A model generated the notes under the pieces. The model saw only the letters and a list, made by a program, of their open reading frames with translations. It was not told where the DNA came from and searched no databases. Shown here piece after piece: positions 8,821 through 17,127 of a stretch of DNA of 64,000 bases; the first letter of the stretch is position 1; the number at the start of each line of letters is the position of its first letter. The stretch lies in IMG/VR virus record IMGVR_UViG_3300017971_000261, positions 1-64,000 of that record; one strand, 5' to 3'. The DNA is from a virus. A program made the translations under genes and the position numbers.

Positions 8821-9897
8821 ATATCGTTCTAGGTTAATAGCTGCATTCAAATCTCTGTCGATGGACAGACCGCAGCCATCACAATGATAGGTTCGATCAC
8901 TCAACTTCAGATCGTCCTTGATACATCCGCATTCAGAGCACAACTTGCTGGATGGAAACCAACGGTCAGCTAATTCTACGTTGACTCCATTCCAGTCAGC
9001 CTTGTACTCGATCTGTCTTCGAAACTCAGAGACGGATGCATCCGCAACTGCTCTTGCCAACTTGTGATTCTTCAACATTCCTGACACGGAGAGATCCTCC
9101 AAGACTACAGTCCCAGATCGTTTGGTTTTCACGACCCAAGATGTAGCCTTGTGGATTGCGTCTCTCCGAATGTTGGAGATCCTGTAGTGCAAACGAGCGA
9201 TGCGTTGTCTGGTCTTCTCCCTCCTGTTGCTGCCCTTCTTCTGCCTAGAATGACGCCTCTGAAGGCGTCCGAGTTGCCGTTTCTTCGAGATCAGGGCTTT
9301 GGGATTCTCAAAGGTCGTCCCATCAGAGCAAGTCGCCAAGGTCTTGACGCCGACATCTATGCCTACAACCTTGTCAGAGCCGTTGTGCGGCATCTCGTAC
9401 TCTTCTTGGACGCTGAGAGAGACAAACCATCGTCCTGCTCGTTCTGAGAGCGTAGCCGAGAGTACGTGAGCATCCAGAGGTAGATAGCCCGCCTCTTTCA
9501 GCCTCAACCATCCGAGCCTGGGCAGTTTGATCCTTCGACTCTCGACACAGATTGATCCTGTCAGTCGAAACGATCCGGAGCAACCCGCCATCTTCTTCTT
9601 GAACTTCGGAAACCCGACTCCATCCTTGCGTCTCTCGAAGAAGTTCTTGAATGCTTGCTGGAGATTGCGGAAACTTTCCTGGGGAGCGGCTTTTGAGACC
9701 TCGACCCACCAGGGGATGTTCTGCTTTTTCCAGGCATTCCACTCTTTGTGGAGTTGCATGGCGTTTGGTTTGGATTCTTTGTTCTTCACCCGAGCAAGAG
9801 CCCAATTCCAAGCATACCGAGCCGTGCCAGCGTGCTTGCGAAGCAGAGTACGCTGGCAGTTGTTGGGATCGAGTTGTGTTTTGTAGCTTCTTAGCAT
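8734..9897 (-). CDS. tnpB: RNA-guided endonuclease TnpB (IS607/IS605 OrfB)
   Basis: N-terminal HTH (YKTQLDPN), GIDVG (RuvC I), LEDL (II), CSECG/CDGCG Zn ribbon, DRDLNAA (III). Confidence 0.95.
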   Translation of the reverse strand: MLRSYKTQLDPNNCQRTLLRKHAGTARYAWNWALARVKNKESKPNAMQLHKEWNAWKKQNIPWWVEVSKAAPQESFRNLQQAFKNFFERRKDGVGFPKFKKKMAGCSGSFRLTGSICVESRRIKLPRLGWLRLKEAGYLPLDAHVLSATLSERAGRWFVSLSVQEEYEMPHNGSDKVVGIDVGVKTLATCSDGTTFENPKALISKKRQLGRLQRRHSRQKKGSNRREKTRQRIARLHYRISNIRRDAIHKATSWVVKTKRSGTVVLEDLSVSGMLKNHKLARAVADASVSEFRRQIEYKADWNGVNVELADRWFPSSKLCSECGCIKDDLKLSDRTYHCDGCGLSIDRDLNAAINLERYHTVSSTGIDAQGEGRLQGGVAAQCPSMN

Positions 9898-9901
9898 CTT
9901 T

Positions 9902-10258
9902 CTATGACAGTTCATTAATTAGTTGTCTGTATTCTTCGTAGTCTAGACACCGATCACAACCGCAGTGCCCGCAGCCGTTGTAACACCAATCATCTGGATC
10001 TGAAGGTCCGTTCTTTTTGAGTATACGGACCAGCCGATCCACCTTCGCCTTCAGTTTGCTCATGGGGTGTTCAGGACATTCCTCAATGTGTTGTTTGAGG
10101 ACATCAGCCATTGATGCAGGGACTTCGTCTTCTGGTCCATACCGATGTCCACAATACACGCAGTTGATGTACATGCCAGACTGAAGATCGGCGACCCAGA
10201 TTTTGAGCCGCTCATTCTCTTCTTGAAGATCATGAAGTCTTTCGTACATCGTTTCCAT
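9902..10258 (-). CDS. Hypothetical Zn-binding phage protein
   Basis: CVYCGH...HIEECPEHPM. Confidence 0.65.
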   Translation of the reverse strand: METMYERLHDLQEENERLKIWVADLQSGMYINCVYCGHRYGPEDEVPASMADVLKQHIEECPEHPMSKLKAKVDRLVRILKKNGPSDPDDWCYNGCGHCGCDRCLDYEEYRQLINELS

Positions 10259-10272
10259 TGTATCGCTCCGAT

Positions 10273-10923
10273 TCAGAATTCCGTTTCCACGGAAATTGTT
10301 TCTCTTTTGCTGTCGTAAAACATGGTCACAACATCCTTGTCTTCACCTCCGTTATGGGTGAAAAACAACTCTTCGTAGGCAGAAGATGATTTGTCGTACT
10401 GCCAGACAAATTCATTGTTTTTATCCGTACAGAAGTGCTTGTTGAGTCTCCCATTGCCGATCAAGAGACATCTCAATTCACCCTTGGAGGCATCAACCGC
10501 CAAAACTCCGAAGCTTACGTCTAAGTCCTGGTAATCCTTGTTTGGAAGCCTGCGACTGTCGTATTGGGTGTAAACCCGACCTATCTTTGGCCATTTGTCG
10601 GTGTCAATAGTCTGTTCATCAGATTTCTTCTTGGTCGTAACTGCACCAGCAATGCTAGACAGCACTTCACGTTTGGTTGGCTCGTCTAAACGAACATAGG
10701 CTCTTGGGTTGTGCCCTTGCCTAACGAACCCGTCCTCCCACAGTTTATCAAGATGATCGTCTCTCCAGATGAGCCGTAATTCACAAGACCAGTGCTTTTC
10801 TAGCCATGCTTGAATTTCGGCGTCATGGTCACCCAGAAGCGATGCAGAACAAGAGGGATTGCTCACGAACATGTCTATTGCTTCGCCGCACGCATCGCAG
10901 ACTGCTTTGTACCAGGTCTTCAT
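10273..10923 (-). CDS. Hypothetical protein
   Basis: 216 aa ORF in packed minus-strand operon. Confidence 0.65.
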   Translation of the reverse strand: MKTWYKAVCDACGEAIDMFVSNPSCSASLLGDHDAEIQAWLEKHWSCELRLIWRDDHLDKLWEDGFVRQGHNPRAYVRLDEPTKREVLSSIAGAVTTKKKSDEQTIDTDKWPKIGRVYTQYDSRRLPNKDYQDLDVSFGVLAVDASKGELRCLLIGNGRLNKHFCTDKNNEFVWQYDKSSSAYEELFFTHNGGEDKDVVTMFYDSKRETISVETEF

Positions 10924-10938
10924 GGCTGTTATCCCCAG

Positions 10939-11271
10939 CTATACTTTACCATCAGGATCACACTTTCCCCACGATCCCATTTCAACGAAACCAACAACCA
11001 AATCATCGCAGAAAGATCGTACGCACGCACAGTGGGCTGTGACACCGATCTGAAGATTGTCAGGACGATCAGGTATCCGCTCAGCGGTCGTTGAGGTATA
11101 GACTCTATCGACCAGGGCACTTCGCAAATGCTGCAATGCGGCTTTGGCAGATCTCAGACCGGAACGTAATTCAACGCCATTCTCTTTTTCCGCAGAAATG
11201 TGTTCGAAATGAAAGATCGCATGCTCCAGATCGTTGCGGGCGTCAATGATTACCTGTTTGTGTTTATCCAT
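10939..11271 (-). CDS. Hypothetical protein
   Basis: GGGAG RBS; 110 aa. Confidence 0.6.
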   Translation of the reverse strand: MDKHKQVIIDARNDLEHAIFHFEHISAEKENGVELRSGLRSAKAALQHLRSALVDRVYTSTTAERIPDRPDNLQIGVTAHCACVRSFCDDLVVGFVEMGSWGKCDPDGKV

Positions 11272-11283
11272 TCGCAGTACTCC

Positions 11284-12264
11284 CTATAATTCACAGCGTT
11301 TTCTATTTTCTGAAAACCTCATGTCCAGATTTTCAATTGCCCTGAGGTTCTCGTCGTGCATGTTCAGCTTATAGAACATACATTTAGGTAATTCGAATTT
11401 CTCAGCGTACATTCTCCACGAAGGTATGACTATTCTGAAATCTCTGCGGCGAAACTTCACGGAATTACAGTGACCATCACGATGCTTGTTCCGGACAACA
11501 TGTAAGCTTAACGAAAATCGTTTGTTCAGGCTCTCGCAGAGGGATACCAGACCATCATAATCGAACAGTTTTGCTGAGATGCTTAGATTTGGCTTGGCAG
11601 CATGATGGCTACTCCCTCTCGTTCCGTCTTTTTTCATGCCAATGTTACCATCATCCAGATACCAAACCATCAAACCTAACAGATCAAGATCTTCTAGCAA
11701 ATCCAGAGGTACTTTCCCTTTTCTAGAATTTGTCATTTGATGGTAGAATTTCTCACGCAACAAAGAAAAAATGGGGTGAGAAACCGTCCACATTTCAGGT
11801 CTACCGCCGTCACCGTTAAAGTACTTAGGAAGGAAAACAGACAGCATCTTCATTTTCCACTTCACATAATCAGTCTGCTTACCACGATGTCCCTCATAGA
11901 ACAAATAGTTCCTTATTTTCCATCGGCGTTTATTCTTTCCAAGGCTGTTCTTTTTGATACAACCGTCTCCAAGTATGCTACCGAAGAGCACTTGTTTAGT
12001 TATATTGTCGAGATCACCTAGTGTAAGGCTCTGATCGAGCTTACACAGGTTGTTCTCATCAACAAACGAACGGCGGTATCTGCCGACTTTCGATAGATAA
12101 TCCTTATCTAGTTGTACCCCCAGCCTTTTCCGTTGACGCCTTATTGCCTCTTCGGTATGACGAGGTATTAGCTTCGACAACTCGTTTATCATCAACGTCG
12201 CTCCTTGTCGCCGAAGAATCTCGTTTTCTTCTTCTGTCCATCTTGCTTGGCTTTTTGTTTTCAT
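11284..12264 (-). CDS. Free-standing LAGLIDADG homing endonuclease with N-terminal Myb/HTH-like domain
   Basis: VLFGSILGDG and LMVWYLDDG; WTEEENEIL...RHTEEAIRRQ. Confidence 0.88.
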   Translation of the reverse strand: MKTKSQARWTEEENEILRRQGATLMINELSKLIPRHTEEAIRRQRKRLGVQLDKDYLSKVGRYRRSFVDENNLCKLDQSLTLGDLDNITKQVLFGSILGDGCIKKNSLGKNKRRWKIRNYLFYEGHRGKQTDYVKWKMKMLSVFLPKYFNGDGGRPEMWTVSHPIFSLLREKFYHQMTNSRKGKVPLDLLEDLDLLGLMVWYLDDGNIGMKKDGTRGSSHHAAKPNLSISAKLFDYDGLVSLCESLNKRFSLSLHVVRNKHRDGHCNSVKFRRRDFRIVIPSWRMYAEKFELPKCMFYKLNMHDENLRAIENLDMRFSENRKRCEL

Positions 12265-12631
12265 TGCTCCTCCGGACTAAATCTGCCAAGTTATAGGTAT
12301 TATACCCGCCTTCTAGCTTTCTTACCGCCAGAAGAAACTCTGACAGAGTCTCCTCAGAAGAGCATACTACTATTTTATGGAATCCTCCTTGTGTCTTTTC
12401 ACAAAAATCAAGAAAATCTTTTTCGGGTGTTACAACTCGGTTTCTCTCTGCTGGCTTGTCCGGTGGGTTCTCGTTGAGGAGTCGCTTGATGTCCGAAACC
12501 TTGTAGCGTCTGTGGTTGCCAGCAGTACGAATGGGCACAAGCACGCCCTGCTTGTCCCATATCCGAAGGGTGTCATCATGGACACCCAGCATTTCTGCTG
12601 CCTTGCTGACGCTAACTAGATTCCTGCTCAT
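12104..12631 (-). CDS. MerR-type HTH protein (IS607 TnpA-like N-terminus, no resolvase domain)
   Basis: VSKAAEMLGVHDDTLRIWDKQG...RTAGNHRRY; tail runs out of frame into the LAGLIDADG gene. Confidence 0.8.
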   Translation of the reverse strand: MSRNLVSVSKAAEMLGVHDDTLRIWDKQGVLVPIRTAGNHRRYKVSDIKRLLNENPPDKPAERNRVVTPEKDFLDFCEKTQGGFHKIVVCSSEETLSEFLLAVRKLEGGYNTYNLADLVRRSNENKKPSKMDRRRKRDSSATRSDVDDKRVVEANTSSYRRGNKASTEKAGGTTR

Positions 12632-12800
12632 CTTCTGAAACCAATCCCTCTTCTCTGAAGATCTTCCACCAGCGATCCATGAGCTTCTGGAATTCCTTGA
12701 CGGACGGAACTCTGTCCAGTTCGAAGGGAATTGGATGCTTTTTGCCGTCATCCGTCTCGAAATGCGTTTTGGTGACTTTGGTGATCACTGGTCTAACCAT
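12612..12800 (-). CDS. Small hypothetical protein upstream of MerR-HTH
   Basis: MVRPVITKVTKTHFETDDG...PSVKEFQ; TATAAT upstream. Confidence 0.65.
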   Translation of the reverse strand: MVRPVITKVTKTHFETDDGKKHPIPFELDRVPSVKEFQKLMDRWWKIFREEGLVSEDEQESS

Positions 12801-12987
12801 CCTTTTTCTCCCTGTATGTACTCCTTCCATTATACGGTTTCCTGGAAGAATTCAGAATTTTTCAGAAGTTTTTTGGAGCAGTTAATCAACCCCATAAGGT
12901 CGAAATGCCCACACAGGTTGACATCAATATCTTCTGGCGGCGTCATGTCAAGCGAACATGTCACACGCCATTATAGCTAGTAGGTGA

Positions 12988-13440
12988 TCAACTCGTTCGC
13001 TGATTGAGTTGTTCTACATCCCAGATGAGTTGTTCTACATCCCAGATTTGGCAGAGGCATTCGATGGCGTCCGGGTCGAAACGCAATCCATCTTCGATCT
13101 CTTTGTCCGGCACAACGACCTCGAATTCCTTCAGTAACCCGAAGCCTTCGACGATGGCCTTGGCTCCCTTTTCGACGTCATCGCCTTTCACACGGCCGCT
13201 TTGGTTGCCGCCATCTTCTGACTGCTCGCCGACCTCGCGGTAATGTTTGACGATGTCGTCCGGCGTGAAGACTGCCCAGGCACCCACGTGCTTGCAATAT
13301 CGGACGATCCACGACAGGGTGAAAAGCGAATCTCCGGTCAACCCCTCGATGTCTCCGCTCTTGTTTATGACATTGGCGTATTCTGTTGCGTCTACAACAG
13401 ATACGACATCTGTTGGTTGAGAAGTGGGACTGAGTGCCAT
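12988..13440 (-). CDS. Hypothetical protein, GxW paralog family
   Basis: AAGGAG RBS; RYCKHVGAWAVFTPDDI. Confidence 0.7.
   Translation of the reverse strand: MALSPTSQPTDVVSVVDATEYANVINKSGDIEGLTGDSLFTLSWIVRYCKHVGAWAVFTPDDIVKHYREVGEQSEDGGNQSGRVKGDDVEKGAKAIVEGFGLLKEFEVVVPDKEIEDGLRFDPDAIECLCQIWDVEQLIWDVEQLNQRTS
13006..13047. repeat. Perfect 21-bp tandem duplication
   Basis: GAGTTGTTCTACATCCCAGAT x2, giving IWDVEQL x2. Confidence 0.95.
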
Positions 13441-13559
13441 CAGGTGCTCCTTGGATTAACAGTAGTTGCTTGAAGTATACCCCAAGATCGCCTAGAATGC
13501 AAGCCAAGACCAGGATTTATGACGTTAAGCACGAATAGAAAGTAGTGCGGTGAGGTCAC

Positions 13560-14297
13560 ATGGCAAGCTGGATGCGAAAAATTGCTGATGACGAAGATCT
13601 GGTTACTGAAGAAGATCTGTGGGCGAAGATCGAGTCCATGGGACCGCGCGAGCAGTACAATATACAAAGATACCTGGATAACCCTGACGAAGACCTCGAT
13701 TTCAAGGAGTATGTTTCTGAATACGAGCGTAGAATGGAGTTTATTAAGGAACTTGCCTGGGCCGTACCTACCAAAGAAGCAGTCAAAGCAATCGCTGGGT
13801 TCGTAGGCGGCGGTAGGGCTCTTGAAATAGGTGCCGGGACGGGGTTGTGGTCCTATCTCATCCAGCAGGCGGGTGTGAATCCTGACAAGTACGCTCCGAC
13901 AGATGTTTCATCCGGGGTTGCCCCAGGTAAAAAAGGAAAGAGCTGGATCGGACGGAAGTACCACGGCATGGGGAAGATGCAAAGAAGAACCACGTTCGTT
14001 CCTGTCCAAAAGATGAGTGTCGATCAAGCGATTGAAGCTTATGGAGACTATGAGGTTCTCATATTGGTTTGGCCTCCCTATAATACACCAATGGCAGCGA
14101 ACGCACTCAAAGGTTTCCGTGGTAACCGGATCATTTACGTCGGCGAAGGCGAAGGTGGCTGTACAGCAGACGATGAGTTTCATGCCATGCTATCGAAAGA
14201 TTGGAAGGTTCACAAGAAATTCACAACCGCAGCATCCAAGAATTGGAAACAGTGGAATGCGATCCACGATTGCATTACCTTCTATGAAAGGAAGTAG
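13560..14297 (+). CDS. Class I SAM-dependent methyltransferase-like protein
   Basis: ALEIGAGTGLW motif I; LVWPPY; IYVGEGEGGCTAD. Confidence 0.75.
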   Translation: MASWMRKIADDEDLVTEEDLWAKIESMGPREQYNIQRYLDNPDEDLDFKEYVSEYERRMEFIKELAWAVPTKEAVKAIAGFVGGGRALEIGAGTGLWSYLIQQAGVNPDKYAPTDVSSGVAPGKKGKSWIGRKYHGMGKMQRRTTFVPVQKMSVDQAIEAYGDYEVLILVWPPYNTPMAANALKGFRGNRIIYVGEGEGGCTADDEFHAMLSKDWKVHKKFTTAASKNWKQWNAIHDCITFYERK

Positions 14298-14308
14298 GGA
14301 GAACAAAG

Positions 14309-14509
14309 ATGTCAGAAGACAACGAAAAAACTGCCCAGAAGGGAGTTGGACAAGGTGGTGAGGGACTTGGCCTAGGCCCATGCGGAAGAGGCGAAAAGAA
14401 GCAACGCGGCCTCGGACCTGGGAGAGGACGCGGCCGACGACGCAAGAATTGGCTACGCCGCCTCAAGGAACAAGACAACAAAGAGAAAGACATGGAGGAG
14501 ACGCAGTAA
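14309..14509 (+). CDS. Small Gly/Arg-rich protein (DUF5320-like)
   Basis: GLGPCGRG...GLGPGRGRGRR. Confidence 0.45.
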   Translation: MSEDNEKTAQKGVGQGGEGLGLGPCGRGEKKQRGLGPGRGRGRRRKNWLRRLKEQDNKEKDMEETQ

Positions 14510-14535
14510 AGCATCTCCCCCATAGTCTTCTAGGT

Positions 14536-16420
14536 CTATGGTTCAAATGTCAGCTCCACCTGGTGTTCGGCGGATGTCTGTCCTGTGCTTGCTATGAATT
14601 GGATGTTGTACGTTACAGATGCATCTGGAACCGTGACTACGATTGACATGTATCTTAGATGACCGCCCCATTCCTTCTTGTAACCACTGAAGGAGAAACC
14701 CGGTGTGATTCCACCAGGAATGGTATCTAGGCCAGCAATCTGTATTCTATCTATCGCAGACTGCATACATTTAGCCAGCAAGGTTATGGTTATTTTCTTA
14801 CCGGCCTTACCTCGGTATGTGGCTTTACCTTCTTCTGCGTTATAGTAATCAGGAGATGGTATTGCTCCGTAGAACAGTTTAACCACAGGTACAATGGTTG
14901 GTTTTGAAGATGAATCAAATCTATCACTTCCAAGCTGTTGTTCATCTGAGTCACTGACGCCGTCACCATCACTATCGGTAATCTCTCCGGGTATCTGCTG
15001 GATTTTGGCTCCCCATGCGACTTGTCTAATACGCCAACAAAACTGGTCATCGCCGGTTGTCTCGTAATCTATACCGTTTCTGGTGAGCGTGCCCGTTTGG
15101 AAGAAACCCTTCTCAGGAATCCACATGTTCACTGCTTGGCCGATGCCGACGTATCCAGACAGTCCCCACTTCCCGAATATGTTGGTTTCGGTATCGACAC
15201 TGAAGTGGTAAGCAACCGTTGTATCGTGACGATCCCCATTGCCATGCCAGATGTCTATATCTGTATTTGGGTCTGTCTTGTCTACAATGACAGAACCGGC
15301 CTGTAAGTGTGGACCTGAGTTAGTCCAGGACGCAGGATGAGTAAAATGACCGTTTGCCAAGGTTAGCCACACATCAGGCCCATAGTATGTAACGTAGTTC
15401 CTGGTATACGCAGGGGAATACATGGGACCCCATTCTGGGTTCATGTTTACTTGTTCCCAGTACTGGAAGGTTTTCCGGTCGTTCGGATTGAAGTTGTTAA
15501 TCCATTTCTCGACCGTGGCTGCTTTGGCAGGGAACGCCTCGCCGTAGATCCTAAGAGCATCGATCATTGCTTGGTTGTTTGGATCATTTACAGGCGGCAC
15601 ATTGAAGTATGACCATATGGCCCAGCCTTTGATTGCTTTCTGAATTTCTGCCTTCAGATGCTGCACCTTCGTGACATAACGTCCTTCTTTTTCAAGTCCG
15701 TCCGCAAAAATGTAAGCCTTGATTAGGACTTCTGGCATGAATGATTTGGTGAGCCAGAAACGCCCAGGCCCTTCAGTCCCACGAGCGAAGCAAGGATAAC
15801 CAGATTTGTCGGAACCATCGTTGAACCAATACTCTGCTCCCCAACCGCCTTCACCTTGAGCATCAGCGTTGATTCGCTGAAGATCACAAACATATTGTGC
15901 GTTGTAGAAAACGCTGTCCAGATAATCGTTTGGTTCGTAGATCTTGCCAGATTTGCTTGGCCCTGCTTGTGCAAGCATCTCTGGATTTCGATCTACCGCC
16001 TCCCAGAAAGCAATCTGAAAATGGACCACTCTCAACAGTGCGGCATCGTTACCAGTTGGCATCAGATTGGATGGGTAGTAATTGGGAAAACCGTGTGATT
16101 TCAGGGCCTCTTTGTATCCCTCTGATTCGTCTATACCCCATTGGCTATCTTTGAGAACATGATAAGGAAAAGCTTGTGGAACACCACCACCGTTGGGAAT
16201 TGGCCCACGTCCGGTTGGCCCATACGGATAGAACTCTCCGTCTTCGTCGTACACGTCTTTGAACTCAATGATGGTATCCGCCAACCACTTTGCTGATTTG
16301 AAGAACTTGATCTTATCACTATCCCCGTCGGGGAGAGCCTCTGCTAGTCTTAGTTGGTAATAACCGCACAGCTGAGATATGCCGTCAAAGCAGGATAGAT
16401 TCCGAAATTGCTCTTGATAG
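14536..16420 (-). pseudogene. Large extracellular-type protein, apparently 5'-truncated
   Basis: Over 620 open codons; DSDGDGVSDSDE Ca-binding repeat; 5' end collides with opposite-strand AAA gene. Confidence 0.55.
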
Positions 16421-17127
16421 TTGGCATGACCGGCCCGCCCGGTAACGGAAAGACCATGGCGATTCGACACATACGAACACTTTGCCGCAAGCACAGGCTC
16501 TCGTATGACAACATCACGGCTAGCCAACTTGATGGAGCCTACAAAGAAGGAACGCTCTCTGATATCTTCAACAAGGCAAACGTCATCTTTTTCGACGACA
16601 TAGATATCTCTTTCTTCATGCGGAAAAGAGACGGTGATGCTAGGATGTGCTGTTCAATATTGGCTGCTATGGATGGCGTAAATGCTGGCAAGCATTCGGT
16701 GAGAATCTTCACTACCAATGAAGAAATCAAATGCATCGATGACGCTTTTCTCCGGCCCGGTAGAATCGATCGCATTTTCGATGTCGGGCCTCCGAGCCGC
16801 GAAATGAGAGGCGAATTGATACGAACGCGATGGAGTGAAGAAATCCTTGCAAACGTAGCAGTTGACAAAATGGTCGACAGGACTGAAGATTGGAGCTTTG
16901 CTCAACTGGAAGCACTTAAGGGTGCTCTCGTTATCAATTGTCTGCTGACGGATCTCGGTTGGGATTTGGACGCCGCCATTAACGAAGTTAACTCACGTGA
17001 CATTCCTTCTCAACAGAAGACAAAAGCCGGTTTTGCTGCAATTACTGAGAAAACAGTAGCAGCAAACGCACCCGTTCTAGTGAATGGGAAACGTCAGATC
17101 GGTTTCTCTTCAGAATGGGACGACTAA
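16408..17127 (+). CDS. AAA+ ATPase, apparently lacking its N-terminus
   Basis: TGPPGNGKT, IFFDDID, FTTN, DDAFLRPGRIDR. Confidence 0.85.
   Translation: MLLIVGMTGPPGNGKTMAIRHIRTLCRKHRLSYDNITASQLDGAYKEGTLSDIFNKANVIFFDDIDISFFMRKRDGDARMCCSILAAMDGVNAGKHSVRIFTTNEEIKCIDDAFLRPGRIDRIFDVGPPSREMRGELIRTRWSEEILANVAVDKMVDRTEDWSFAQLEALKGALVINCLLTDLGWDLDAAINEVNSRDIPSQQKTKAGFAAITEKTVAANAPVLVNGKRQIGFSSEWDD

Larger units (their letters stand above)
8680..12881 (-). mobile_element. IS607-derived element or remnants with cargo genes, no serine recombinase
   Basis: Imperfect inverted ends (8680-8709 vs 12851-12881), MerR-HTH at left, tnpB at right. Confidence 0.5.

Noticed and set aside
12858-12866. TnpB guide self-target (TTTTTCAGA matches the 8671-8679 flank)
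   Set aside because: Only 9 low-complexity bases match; better explained by end-repeat composition or chance
13006-13047. 21-bp duplication as a functional element
   Set aside because: Simple in-frame slippage duplication at a protein C-terminus
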